A stretch of 64,000 nt of DNA from the IMG/VR virus record IMGVR_UViG_3300036964_000424, positions 1 to 64,000 of that record. The stretch is one strand, 5' to 3'. Of this stretch, positions 10,640 to 20,794 are shown piece after piece (the first letter of the stretch is position 1; each line of letters starts with the position of its first letter). The position numbers and the translations under genes are program-made. Source of the stretch: a virus (Duplodnaviria; Caudoviricetes). The notes beneath the pieces were generated by a model that searched no databases, was not told the origin of the DNA, and saw only the letters and a list, made by a program, of their open reading frames with translations.

Positions 10640-10670
10640 TCCGGCTTGATTCGTCAAGCCGGAATCAACT
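10640..10670 (+). repeat. Conserved intergenic hairpin TCCGGCTTGA-TTCG-TCAAGCCGGA + ATCAACT
   Basis: Related hairpins at 13026-13049, 13355-13376, 13987-14016, 14364-14389. Confidence 0.8.
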
Positions 10671-10686
10671 ATAAAAGAGGAAAAAA

Positions 10687-12633
10687 ATGGACGCAAATGA
10701 TATCTCAAAATTAGCAAGATGGACTGCACCGAGAGAGGTGCAAACCAAATTTGGTGCGAAGCTTGTTCGGAAAGCCGCTGCTACACCCGAGTTTTCGGCG
10801 GCTTGGAAAACAAACAAAGAGGGATTGAAGGCTGCCGGAGCCAGTTTTTCCAAAGATCAATATGGGAACTGGGAGTTAATTTGGTGGCAGGAGCTGCCAG
10901 AAGAGATTAAAAAATCACGTTCAGAATCGATCGAAGCCAGCAGAGCTACAAAAGCAGATATCGACCTGCCAAAACCTGAAGGTTTGGATTATAGACCTTT
11001 TCAGAAGGCTGGCATCCGATACGCTTTAGACAGGAATGGTGTCTTGATTGCAGACGAGATGGGATTGGGGAAAACAATTCAAGCCATCGGCATCATAAAC
11101 GCTGATCCGTCAATAAAAACGGGCATCATTGTATGTCCGAAATCGCTAAAGTTAAATTGGGCACGGGAGCTGGAAAAATGGCTTACCCGGCCGTTGACCG
11201 TTGGAATTGCGAATGGCAGCCTGCCAGAAACCGACCTCATAATCATCAATTACGAGGGTTTGGTCAAATTCCAAAAAGAATTATCCGATAAACATTTTGA
11301 TATCTCAATTATCGATGAATGCCACTATATAAAAAATAGAGCTGCACTTCGGTCAAAAGCCGTGAAGGCGATCAAGTCAAGGCGGAAGATTCGCATGACG
11401 GGCACCCCGATTGTCAACCGACCATCGGAGTTATACAATATCATCGAAGATCTGGGCGGTGAGTGGGGTTCGTTCATGACATTCGCGAAACGCTACTGCA
11501 ACGCCCATCAAAACCGCTACGGATGGGATTTTTCGGGCTCATCAAACCTGGATGAGTTGCAGAAGCGGCTTCGGGAAACGGTCATGGTCAGGAGATTAAA
11601 ATCTGAAGTTTTGACCGAGCTTCCTCGGAAGATTCGGCAGATCATCGAAGTCACTGCCGAAGATTCAACCCAAAAACGGGCAATTGAAGCCGAAAAAATA
11701 TATGAGGAACAAAGCCAGGAAAAGCTGGCTGACCTCAGGGCTGCAGTTGAGCTTTCCAAAGCTGAAAGCGAAGAATCCTACAAAGCAGCCGTCGCACGAT
11801 TGCGGGATGCAATGCAAGTCGATTTTGCCGAGATGGCAAAGCTTCGTCATGAAACAGCACTCGCAAAAGTGCCGTCCGTAATCGATCATGTGAAAAATGC
11901 GCTGGAAGACAATGACAACAAAATCATCATCGCAGCGCATCATCATGACGTAATCGATCAGCTTATGGCTGGATTAACTGAGTTCAGCCCCGTGAAGCTA
12001 ACCGGTGAGAGCAAAGAAGCCGATCGGCAAGCTGCAGTTGACCGCTTTCAAAATAACACGGATTGCCGGGTGTTCATCGGATCGATAACCGCTGCTGGAG
12101 TTGGGATCACCCTGACTGCTTCAAGCCACGTCGTCTTTGCCGAGCTTGACTGGGTGCCGGGAAACATCACCCAAATGGAAGATCGAGCCCACCGGATCGG
12201 ACAAACCGACACTGTTTTAGTCCAGCACATCGTTTTGGCCGATTCATTGGATGCAAGAATGGCCAAAACGATAGTTGAGAAACAGGAAGTGATCGATTCG
12301 GCTTTGGACGATCATCACCCTGACAGAAACGAAATCGTTTATGAGCCAAAAGTCAAGGCTGCGACGGCTTCTGAATCGGTTGCAAAAATTGAAAAAGAAG
12401 CTGAGAATCTCACGGATGAACAAATCGCCGATATACACGAAAAACTTCGCTATTTAGCTGCTTTAGATCATGATTATGCAGCGAATCGAAATGGCATTGG
12501 ATTCAACAAAATCGACTCAACGATCGGGCATTCACTCGCTGAACGAAGTTTTCTAACACCGAAGCAGGCAGCTTTAGGGATGAAGCTAATACAAAAATAC
12601 AGAAAGCAGCTGGAAGTCTTTCAGTCTGTATAA
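10687..12633 (+). CDS. SNF2-family helicase (HARP/SMARCAL1-like)
   Basis: ADEMGLGKT, DECH, TGTP, GVGITLT, QMEDRAHRIGQ motifs. Confidence 0.92.
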   Translation: MDANDISKLARWTAPREVQTKFGAKLVRKAAATPEFSAAWKTNKEGLKAAGASFSKDQYGNWELIWWQELPEEIKKSRSESIEASRATKADIDLPKPEGLDYRPFQKAGIRYALDRNGVLIADEMGLGKTIQAIGIINADPSIKTGIIVCPKSLKLNWARELEKWLTRPLTVGIANGSLPETDLIIINYEGLVKFQKELSDKHFDISIIDECHYIKNRAALRSKAVKAIKSRRKIRMTGTPIVNRPSELYNIIEDLGGEWGSFMTFAKRYCNAHQNRYGWDFSGSSNLDELQKRLRETVMVRRLKSEVLTELPRKIRQIIEVTAEDSTQKRAIEAEKIYEEQSQEKLADLRAAVELSKAESEESYKAAVARLRDAMQVDFAEMAKLRHETALAKVPSVIDHVKNALEDNDNKIIIAAHHHDVIDQLMAGLTEFSPVKLTGESKEADRQAAVDRFQNNTDCRVFIGSITAAGVGITLTASSHVVFAELDWVPGNITQMEDRAHRIGQTDTVLVQHIVLADSLDARMAKTIVEKQEVIDSALDDHHPDRNEIVYEPKVKAATASESVAKIEKEAENLTDEQIADIHEKLRYLAALDHDYAANRNGIGFNKIDSTIGHSLAERSFLTPKQAALGMKLIQKYRKQLEVFQSV

Positions 12634-12741
12634 TAAATGTCACATAAAAAGCGTTATGTTTATCACTTGTGCTATAATATTGATAGGGTAAACTTAAGTC
12701 AAGATAAAAAATATTTTTTTAGAGGAAGGGTTGGGTATATC

Positions 12742-13017
12742 ATGAATACGAATTCAGAAATTGTAGGAATAAAATTAAGCGGTAAACTTTTAGTGCGTTA
12801 TTCCGGCTGGCATGATATCCGGCGGCTGGTGTCGGTAAAATATAAGGTTTATTTGCTAGAGGATTCTGGGCAATATCTTATTACGTCAGAATTTAATCAG
12901 TTGTTCGAAGGTCAAGAATATAAAACGTTTCGATATCATATTTTTGATTATATCGACGAAATTCAAAAATCCGGATTATATCCGGCGGAATTGGTAAGCC
13001 GCATTTTGTGGAAATAA
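12742..13017 (+). CDS. Small hypothetical protein, paralog of 13078-13353
   Basis: Start moved to ATG 12742 because a promoter occupies 12639-12694; shares SGQYLI..F and GLYPAELV..ILW with next gene. Confidence 0.65.
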   Translation: MNTNSEIVGIKLSGKLLVRYSGWHDIRRLVSVKYKVYLLEDSGQYLITSEFNQLFEGQEYKTFRYHIFDYIDEIQKSGLYPAELVSRILWK

Positions 13018-13077
13018 TCAATCAATCCGGCGCTACGAATAGCGCTGGAATAAGTTTATAGAAGGGATAGGTATATC

Positions 13078-13353
13078 ATGAGTGAAAAATTCCAGATTAA
13101 AATGAGTGGTACGCTTTTGGCACACCATTCTAGTTGGTATAATTACCCAAAAGAATTTTTGGGCAGATATGATGCTTATCGAATTGACGAATCGGGGCAA
13201 TATCTGATTATCAGCCAGTTCGACGAATATATCGATGGGAAAACATATACTGCTGTTGTTTTTCATATTTATGATTCAATCGATCAGATTAAAAAAGCTG
13301 GCTTATATCCGGCTGAATTGGTTGATGGCATTCTATGGGAACAAACGAATTAA
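13078..13353 (+). CDS. Small hypothetical protein, paralog of 12742-13017
   Basis: Shared motifs and similar GGTATATCATG start context. Confidence 0.7.
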   Translation: MSEKFQIKMSGTLLAHHSSWYNYPKEFLGRYDAYRIDESGQYLIISQFDEYIDGKTYTAVVFHIYDSIDQIKKAGLYPAELVDGILWEQTN

Positions 13354-13404
13354 CCCTACTCGATTTCTCGGGCAGGAATCAACTTATAGAAGGAAGGTAA
13401 TATC

Positions 13405-13761
13405 ATGAAATTCAAATCAAATCGTAAGGAAATTCTGGGGGGATTTGAGCATGTAATCCCCATTGGATATTGTAATCTTTGGCACCTTCTCAGTGAGGAA
13501 AAACCGGCGGCATATGTCACGCGGTCCAGCGGCTGGGCTTGCGACGTGTATGATTTCGGCGACGTCGCGATTGCTACGGGATACCAGCCGGTGGGAAATT
13601 TGCGGATTAGCTATGGTTTAGTGGAAAAATACGAAAACCAAGCTAAACTGGTTGTGGAAAACAGCGATTTATCTCATACTGAGAAACGGGAATCGTTGCG
13701 GGCATTGATTAATAGTTTTATATCCGAAGCGATTAATCGAAATGTCGAGGTTGAACCATGA
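13405..13761 (+). CDS. Hypothetical phage protein
   Basis: 118 aa, GGAAGG RBS, GYC...GWACDVY...TGY pattern. Confidence 0.7.
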   Translation: MKFKSNRKEILGGFEHVIPIGYCNLWHLLSEEKPAAYVTRSSGWACDVYDFGDVAIATGYQPVGNLRISYGLVEKYENQAKLVVENSDLSHTEKRESLRALINSFISEAINRNVEVEP

Positions 13762-13982
13762 AAAAATACTTTGCTGTGATATATAATTTCGAAACGGATA
13801 TATTTTTTATCCGTGTGCATGCGGTGTCTAAAAATCCGCTTGATGGGTTGCTGTACGGTGAAATGTATTTTGGCAGTTTTCCTTCCAGAAAATCGGCCGA
13901 GGAACATATCGAAATGATGGAATCGATATGTTCCGGGAATCCTGAAGCCGTGGTACCTGCTGCTGGTGGTGGTGTTGATTAG
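13758..13982 (+). CDS. Hypothetical protein
   Basis: ATGA overlap with upstream gene. Confidence 0.55.
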   Translation: MKKYFAVIYNFETDIFFIRVHAVSKNPLDGLLYGEMYFGSFPSRKSAEEHIEMMESICSGNPEAVVPAAGGGVD

Positions 13983-14045
13983 TCAAATAGCTTATCCTGG
14001 AAACGGGATAAGCTATAATTTTTTATAAAAATAAAGGGGTTTGCT

Positions 14046-14354
14046 ATGTATAATAATAATAAATTTTTCGAGCATGATTTTTTTGTGGGTTATGTATCTG
14101 ATAGTACTGACAAATCAGTACAATTTAAGTTGAATTCAAGATTAATAGCGGCGCTTGAATTAAATAATCCTGATGGTTCAATATCCTATTATGAGATATA
14201 TGATATACCGGAAGGCGCATATATTCTAGCGGTGCGGAATTATATTAGTGTTCATGATTACACTGATTCAGTATTATTTTTCCGGACGCTTTTTGATTTA
14301 TATAAGGTGGTTCCGGACGGTATTAAAAATCATATTAGGGATTTATTAAATTAA
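14046..14354 (+). CDS. Hypothetical protein, distant paralog of 12742/13078
   Basis: RBS present; YEIYDIPEGAYIL...FRTLFDL..VVP aligns with the family pattern. Confidence 0.6.
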   Translation: MYNNNKFFEHDFFVGYVSDSTDKSVQFKLNSRLIAALELNNPDGSISYYEIYDIPEGAYILAVRNYISVHDYTDSVLFFRTLFDLYKVVPDGIKNHIRDLLN

Positions 14355-14418
14355 CCGAATTAATCCGGCTTGAAAAAATTCAAGCCGGAATCAACTTTTA
14401 TAAAAATAGGGGCATACT

Positions 14419-14685
14419 ATGGAACAATCACATATTAATAACAGCCGTAGCCGGCTAGTTAACCAACCGGAACTTCTAAACTTATTTGATCTAGGAATTG
14501 ACACGATCAATAAGCTGGGTATTTCGGTTGACGATTTGAAACAGTTCGCAAGTGATAATCGCTGGCGGATACATATGCGAACACTAGAACAAACTAATCT
14601 TTTTGATGGGGATTCAATACCCCCAAGGGCAGCTTCAATCGAATTTTTAATCGATTATTTCTTTATTTATCACTATGATATATAA
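14419..14685 (+). CDS. Hypothetical protein, paralog of 16984-17235
   Basis: NLFDLGIDTINKLG...IPPRAASI vs NLHELGIDTLELLG...IPLRARAI. Confidence 0.6.
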   Translation: MEQSHINNSRSRLVNQPELLNLFDLGIDTINKLGISVDDLKQFASDNRWRIHMRTLEQTNLFDGDSIPPRAASIEFLIDYFFIYHYDI

Positions 14686-14771
14686 ATAATTTTTTGTTTG
14701 ATATTGGCTATAACAGCTTGGTTATAGCCAAAAATGAAATAAAAAATTTTGAAAAATTAGGAGAATATATC

Positions 14772-15851
14772 ATGAATACAAAAATTGAAAAAATAAACAT
14801 TGACGAAATAGCCGGATGGATAACAGACTTCGCAAAATCGAGGAGAAAAACAGCGATTGCGAAAACGGCATTTAAGGAAGAGACAGATCGAGGGCTTGAA
14901 TCCTTCGCGCATTATCGACAGGAAACAGTTAATAAACTTAAAATGAATAAATTAGTTTTCGACGAAATAACCCTTGATGAACTTAAATTTGTCGACGAGC
15001 GGATTTTGCCAGCTTCGGAGTGGGCAGGCGGATTTAATGAGTTGGTTTTGTCTGCTTGCGCTTATCAAACAGCTTCGGTTATATCAAACATAGCGGCCAA
15101 AATGCGGGCGGGTATAATTCCAACTCCAGAAAACGTTTTTGAAACGATACAAAAAAAGAAAATTATAGAAGCTAATATTTTAGATTATCTTGGGCATGTT
15201 TGGGCGGATGAAACAGATCCTTTTTATAAAGATTTTAATACTATTAAATGGGATTCTCGAGGTTTCGGAAGGGGTGGTGAAAAAGCATATCTTGGCAATT
15301 TTTTTGCTGAATGGGAAAAACGAAAAAATGCACAAAACGAAGTTGAATTGATGGTTGAATTGTCTAGAGCTTCAATCAATAACAGCCGCATATGGAAGGA
15401 AAAAATTAATTATTTCGGTAACAGCAATTCCTGCTGGCGTCCAGGGAAATCTTGGAGCGATTCGTCAAAATGGTTTTCCTGGATGGAATCTAGACTTGAT
15501 GCGTTCGGGATTTATTTTTATGCTTCAACACAAAAATTAACTTATATGCTTAACGGACTGGGCGCAATAGGCCGGATTTGGGGGTTATATGATTATTCGT
15601 CAAACATTGTTTTGGGGATTAACCCTTATTCTGTATATGATTCAATTTCTGAAAATCATTTATTGCGTTCAGATAATCTATTGACTATAGCCGGATTAAA
15701 TCGATCAGATACCATATATGGAAGTTTAGAGGGAGTTTATATTAATGGGAATCGGTTTTATTATCCTTATGGGTATCGGATCCGGCCGGAATTTATATGC
15801 GAAACAATAAGGCGTTTCTATGATTTATACCCACAAAACGATAATTTATAG
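14772..15851 (+). CDS. Hypothetical protein
   Basis: Long ORF; likely start ATG 14772 after AGGAG. Confidence 0.65.
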   Translation: MNTKIEKINIDEIAGWITDFAKSRRKTAIAKTAFKEETDRGLESFAHYRQETVNKLKMNKLVFDEITLDELKFVDERILPASEWAGGFNELVLSACAYQTASVISNIAAKMRAGIIPTPENVFETIQKKKIIEANILDYLGHVWADETDPFYKDFNTIKWDSRGFGRGGEKAYLGNFFAEWEKRKNAQNEVELMVELSRASINNSRIWKEKINYFGNSNSCWRPGKSWSDSSKWFSWMESRLDAFGIYFYASTQKLTYMLNGLGAIGRIWGLYDYSSNIVLGINPYSVYDSISENHLLRSDNLLTIAGLNRSDTIYGSLEGVYINGNRFYYPYGYRIRPEFICETIRRFYDLYPQNDNL

Positions 15852-15868
15852 TAGAAGCAGGCCATATA

Positions 15869-16549
15869 TTGGATAATTTTATTTTAGAAAATAAATTAAA
15901 TGCATTACGATTAGGGGATTATTGCTTAACAGATAATCCCCTAAAAGTCATAAAAAATATAGATTATGACAAAAAAAATAATTATTGGTTTCTGGATAAC
16001 AGCAGCGATATATTAGCTGTTGCGCATTTTGACACGGTAGAACAGCGGAAACCAAATTTTGAAATAATTTATGACAAATTTGATAAAACAAAAATTAGAA
16101 GTATAAAATCAATACAATTGGATGATAGATTGGGGTTATATATTATTGGGGAAATTTTGCCACAATTTAATTGTAATTATGATATATTAATTACAGATTT
16201 CGAGGAGGTGGGTAACAGCAGCGCATTTAATTTTAAAACAGATAAACAGTACAATTGGATTTTCGAATTTGATAGGCATGGGATTAATCCGGTCTTATAT
16301 CAGTATGAAAAAAACAGAACTTGGTATAAGGCAGTATTTTCCTTATATGATATAGCCGTAGGGAGTTTTTCGGATATATGCGCATTGGATTGGCTGGGCT
16401 GCTGTGCTATTAATTTTGGCACCGGTTATTATCTGGAACATACCAAAAAATGTTTTTGTGACATAACAGATTTAAATACTTGCATTAATAAATTTTTAAT
16501 TTTTTATAACAAAAACAAAAATATATATTATAATTTTGAACGTGAATAA
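15869..16549 (+). CDS. M28-like Zn-dependent peptidase
   Basis: VAHFDTV, LDDRLG, EEVG, FEFDR, FSDI, Y..EH metal-binding pattern. Confidence 0.7.
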   Translation: MDNFILENKLNALRLGDYCLTDNPLKVIKNIDYDKKNNYWFLDNSSDILAVAHFDTVEQRKPNFEIIYDKFDKTKIRSIKSIQLDDRLGLYIIGEILPQFNCNYDILITDFEEVGNSSAFNFKTDKQYNWIFEFDRHGINPVLYQYEKNRTWYKAVFSLYDIAVGSFSDICALDWLGCCAINFGTGYYLEHTKKCFCDITDLNTCINKFLIFYNKNKNIYYNFERE

Positions 16550-16706
16550 GGTTATAAAAATAGCGCTAAACAGGAATCTAATAATGAATTTCCGAAATAT
16601 GACAAAAGTCACGCTTAACAGATTACATTAATCACTTGATGTAATTTTAATAGAAGCGTAAAATTATATCAAGATTGAAAATAAAAATTAACTGGAGGAT
16701 AATATT

Positions 16707-16931
16707 ATGGAAACAAAAAATTTTGAAGAAATGTCGAAGATGGAAATTGCCTTAAACACGATTGAAAATTGCGCTATATGGGAATCGTCGGATCTGGATA
16801 TGTGGAAAGGTCTGTCGGAGGACAGAATTTTTGGAATTCTACGGGATTATAATCCGTACCTTGATAATCCGATGGAAAATCTACAGGAACGCGCGCAAGC
16901 AGTTTTCCTGTATGTGAACGGAATGCTGTAA
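16707..16931 (+). CDS. Hypothetical protein
   Basis: GGAGG RBS; IL.DY....D......RA.A pattern shared with 16984. Confidence 0.6.
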   Translation: METKNFEEMSKMEIALNTIENCAIWESSDLDMWKGLSEDRIFGILRDYNPYLDNPMENLQERAQAVFLYVNGML

Positions 16932-16983
16932 AAAAAAAGATAGTTATAACAGAATAAATAAATTAAAAATTGGAGGAAAAATC

Positions 16984-17235
16984 ATGGAAACAGTTAACTT
17001 GCATGAACTTGGTATTGATACGCTGGAATTGTTAGGCTATTCAGATATCTCCAGTGTAATGGATTTTGATGGATTATCGCTTAAACAGATAAGGGATATC
17101 CTGTCAGATTATAGCTGTATATTAGAATTTGATATCGATGACATACCGCTTAGGGCAAGGGCGATATTGTACTTGTTAGAATTATCCAAAAAGAATAACA
17201 GTGATCAAATTACAAATATCACAGCAAATATATGA
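16984..17235 (+). CDS. Hypothetical protein
   Basis: GGAGG RBS; paralog of 14419. Confidence 0.6.
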   Translation: METVNLHELGIDTLELLGYSDISSVMDFDGLSLKQIRDILSDYSCILEFDIDDIPLRARAILYLLELSKKNNSDQITNITANI

Positions 17236-17311
17236 CTTTTATCACTTGCGGCAAGCTATTTTATAAGGTAAACTTAAATCAGAAATAAAAAAGCGAAAGG
17301 ATAGGCAAAAG

Positions 17312-17494
17312 GTGGATATAAATGTAACAAGAACAAATAATGGGTTATTTCTCGAAACGCTATACAATAATTCATATTATCACAAATTGTATAGTGGCTA
17401 TACACGGCGGGAATCTCGGAAATTGTTTTCCGAATTCGTGCTAAAAGAGGAATCAAAATTTTTTTGCAATCAAAAACAGGAGGATGAAGAATGA
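17312..17494 (+). CDS. Small hypothetical protein
   Basis: Y.GYT.RE...F pattern; overlaps next start codon. Confidence 0.5.
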   Translation: MDINVTRTNNGLFLETLYNNSYYHKLYSGYTRRESRKLFSEFVLKEESKFFCNQKQEDEE

Positions 17495-18018
17495 ACGCAC
17501 AAAAGGAATTAACTTTGCATGTAGTCTGCGATTATACCAGACTACGCTATATTCTGTTTTTTTCAGGAGATACAAGCCAAAAAGAGGATGCAATAAAAGA
17601 GCTCGGCTATAAATTCGTAATGCCACCTATGGTTATACAACAATTTAATCTTGATCCTAAACTTTTATGGTGTAAAGCTACAACAATTGACGAAAAAGAT
17701 TTAGAAATTGTAAAAACATTAGCATTAAACCCATTGATGATTGATCATACTTCGGATGGGGATTTGCTTTTGTTAGAGGGTTGCCAGGAATTGGCCAATG
17801 AACAGCATTTTATTCCACGAACCGGAATACCTGAACAACCTGATATAATAGCCGGTAGATATTGGAACCATAAATTTTATGGTCGTCCTGGTAATTGGTC
17901 AATTTATCAGGATGGAGAAAGAGTGCAGATAACGGATTCAGAAAAGTCAATACTAGATTGGTATATAAAACGGTTAATTGATTTTGAATCTAAAGTTGAA
18001 ACTGGCTGGGACGATTAG
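17491..18018 (+). CDS. Hypothetical protein
   Basis: GGAGG RBS, 175 aa. Confidence 0.65.
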   Translation: MNAQKELTLHVVCDYTRLRYILFFSGDTSQKEDAIKELGYKFVMPPMVIQQFNLDPKLLWCKATTIDEKDLEIVKTLALNPLMIDHTSDGDLLLLEGCQELANEQHFIPRTGIPEQPDIIAGRYWNHKFYGRPGNWSIYQDGERVQITDSEKSILDWYIKRLIDFESKVETGWDD

Positions 18019-18628
18019 TTATAAAAATATAATTTTATGTATGATTCGGGATATATTGGGAGGAAAAGGGTGGGTGTACTATGATAAAATTAAATAAATG
18101 CCTAAAAGCTTATTTGATAAAATTGATTAAGCCTTCTAAAGATGAAATTAAATTGCAATATTCAGAACTTGCAATTAGAATTATTGAACGAGGTTATATA
18201 ACAGAATTCGAATTGCAAATGCTGAAAAATATAGGATTTAAAGAAATGTAATAAAAAACATTTAAAATGCAAATAATGTGGTATACTTTTATATAACAAA
18301 AAGGATTGAATAGAGTGGGAAAAGGGATATTTATTGGATTATTTATTTTGTTTATGAGCAATTCTAGGGGCGATTATGAATTAATACATATTTTGATATT
18401 TATATTTATAGGTTTTATGTTTAAAATTATTTTTACAAAGGAGGTTTGATCAGAAATTATGAATAAAAAATATGAATTAACAGAAGAAACATTGTATTGG
18501 GAAGGGGCAATTTAAATGACTTCCCTGAAAAAATGGATAAATTTAATTCGAATGAAAATTTAACAGATTAGGATATGATTGTTTTTATAGTATGTTTTTT
18601 TGCTATGATAATTGCTATATTTGAGAGC

Positions 18629-18657
18629 TTGACAAATAAAAAATAGTATGTTATACT
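18629..18657 (+). promoter_or_regulatory. Consensus sigma70/sigmaA promoter (others at 20813-20841, 26408-26436, 27297-27325, 29412-29440, 36049-36077, 37183-37211, 41658-41686, 42794-42822)
   Basis: TTGACA-17 bp-TATACT with extended TG; the others share TTG(A/C)-type -35 and 17-bp spacing. Confidence 0.8.
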
Positions 18658-18691
18658 TGTATTAAATAAAAAAAAAGAAAAGGAAAACAAA

Positions 18692-19786
18692 ATGATTACA
18701 TTAAGCAAAAAAGAATTAGTATCAGCATTATCGAAATGTAGTAAAGTTTTACCGAAAAAACCGAGTTTAGAAGTTCTAACAGGAGTTAATATTGTATGCA
18801 AAGATGGTGTATGCAAATTTGTTGCAACGGATTTAGAAAACGAGATTACCATAAAATTAAACAGTGCCACATTTGATAATGATATTAGTTTTGTTCTTAT
18901 GGATATTGCATCATTGTCTAAAGCAATCAAGTTATTCGGAGAAGTGATCACATTCGAGCAAGTTGATAATAGCATTGTTGTAAGTTCTGGTTCAAAATCA
19001 ATTAAGGTAAAATGCCTTGATAGTAAAGAATTCCCTGAATATAATTTGCTTGGAGAATTTAAAGTTAATTCACAATTCAAAGTAAATGGTAAAGAATTAG
19101 GTAACCTCTGTAATAAAGTTGCTTATGCTGTAAGTAAAGAATTGGAAAGACCTGTTTTAACTACTGTATGCTTTAGAAAAAATTATGTTACTGCGACAAA
19201 CGGATTTATAATTTCTAAAGTTGATAATAATTTTTTTGAATGCGAAAAAGATTTATTATTTTCTGATAGAGCTGTAAAACTTTTTGAATTAATTGGTAAT
19301 GGAGATTTGTATATTGGAGTTTATAACTCGTCAGATTTAAGATATTGCTTTGAGGATGAAAATATATCCTTAAAGGGTATGCTTCTTTCAGGAAGCTTCC
19401 CTGATGTTGAATGTGTAATCCCTAAAGATATTTATAATTTTACAAAGTATACAATTAACAGATTGGAATTTATCGATGCTTTAGATTCTATGATCAAAAT
19501 TAAATGTCGCTGCGTGAAGTTATCTGGTAATAAAATTATTGCTCAGAAATTAGAAAGCGTAAAAGATATGGAATTACCTGATTATGAAATTGAAATTGCT
19601 AATTTGAATGTGGAACAGGCATTTGCATTCAACCCGAAATTTGTATATGATGCTCTAAAAAATCAATTTACTTCTGATGAAGTTTTGTTTGAAGTAAATA
19701 AACCTAACCAACCATTTGTGATTACAGCAATTGGTGATTCGGAGAAAGACGGCTTATTTGTTTGTATGCCTATGTACTTAGGATAA
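18692..19786 (+). CDS. dnaN: DNA polymerase III beta sliding clamp
   Basis: 364 aa; ATDLE, RPVLT, ATNG, GSFPD, FNPKFV, C-terminal MPM. Confidence 0.9.
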   Translation: MITLSKKELVSALSKCSKVLPKKPSLEVLTGVNIVCKDGVCKFVATDLENEITIKLNSATFDNDISFVLMDIASLSKAIKLFGEVITFEQVDNSIVVSSGSKSIKVKCLDSKEFPEYNLLGEFKVNSQFKVNGKELGNLCNKVAYAVSKELERPVLTTVCFRKNYVTATNGFIISKVDNNFFECEKDLLFSDRAVKLFELIGNGDLYIGVYNSSDLRYCFEDENISLKGMLLSGSFPDVECVIPKDIYNFTKYTINRLEFIDALDSMIKIKCRCVKLSGNKIIAQKLESVKDMELPDYEIEIANLNVEQAFAFNPKFVYDALKNQFTSDEVLFEVNKPNQPFVITAIGDSEKDGLFVCMPMYLG

Positions 19787-19800
19787 AATTTTTATAATCG

Positions 19801-19839
19801 TACTGGTATAATAAATGTAAAAAGTTTATTATACCAGTA
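19801..19839 (+). terminator. Hairpin after dnaN
   Basis: TACTGGTATAATAAA...TTTATTATACCAGTA inverted repeat; weak U-tract. Confidence 0.5.
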
Positions 19840-19978
19840 TAGCAGAAAAGAGTAGCATGATAACAAAATTAGACATAAGAGATATAAATTTACAAAAAAT
19901 AGAACTGATAGATAAACTATTATCATCATTCCCCATATTGAGTTAGAAATTCAATGGGGAAAGGAGAATCTTGAAGAC

Positions 19979-20194
19979 TTGGAAAATGAACTTGAAGAAT
20001 ATTTGCTGAATCTAAGCGAAAACAAATCAAATGATTTTGAAATCGCGACAACAATTTCTATGCTTTTGGCAAGAATAGATGAATCGAAAAATAAGATATC
20101 TAATCTTACTGGCGAATTGTCTCGGCTGAATGCAGAGTGGGAAACACGGCGCGAAACACTTCATAATTTGATAGAAGAATTGAAAAAATCTTAA
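19979..20194 (+). CDS. Small coiled-coil protein
   Basis: ORF with heptad pattern. Confidence 0.5.
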   Translation: MENELEEYLLNLSENKSNDFEIATTISMLLARIDESKNKISNLTGELSRLNAEWETRRETLHNLIEELKKS

Positions 20195-20214
20195 TACTAA
20201 AAAAAGGGGAAGAA

Positions 20215-20562
20215 ATGAGATACAAAAAATGCGTAGAAGTAATTGGGGAATGGTTTCCTGACGGAAGAAAGGATACTTTCGAGGTTACTTTCAAAGGCCG
20301 TCTTGTTGGAAAATGTTTCATAGGTGATGAACCGAATTTTAATTCACAATATCGCTGGTGGGAGTTGCGGGTCTACGAACTTCCGTCAAAAAGTTTAGTT
20401 ATGTTTACAGAAGTAAGCGATCCAAGCTCGATCTACGATAATTTAGTAAACTTCAGCACATATGACACAGTTGAGGACTTACAAGATGAAGCTCCAACCA
20501 GATTAGTCGATCAGGTACGCAAGGCAATATTACAAGGAGAAGCCAATGGAAAAGAAATATGA
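20215..20562 (+). CDS. Hypothetical protein, related to the 12742/13078/14046 family
   Basis: FKGRLVG...LRVYELPS...TYDTVEDL...P..LV. Confidence 0.6.
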   Translation: MRYKKCVEVIGEWFPDGRKDTFEVTFKGRLVGKCFIGDEPNFNSQYRWWELRVYELPSKSLVMFTEVSDPSSIYDNLVNFSTYDTVEDLQDEAPTRLVDQVRKAILQGEANGKEI

Positions 20563-20794
20563 ATTAACGGAATCGAAAATATATTGTGGCATTACATTAT
20601 ATCGGATCAAAGCATTAAGAGACTTATGGAATGTAAAAGCCGGTGATCTTGGCGGGTGGGTGGAATCTGAATTGAATCTATCCCATGAAGGAAATTGCTG
20701 GATATATAATGATGCGATTGTATGCAATATTAGTAGAATTTTTAATAGAAAGAATGAATCCTATATTAAATATAGAATCCTGCGCGGAAACTGA
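20546..20794 (+). pseudogene. Truncated KKYELT/GDLGGW phage protein
   Basis: KKYELT...LYRIKALRD...GDLGGWVESE.NLS.EGNCWI, ending before the usual hexapeptide repeats. Confidence 0.5.
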
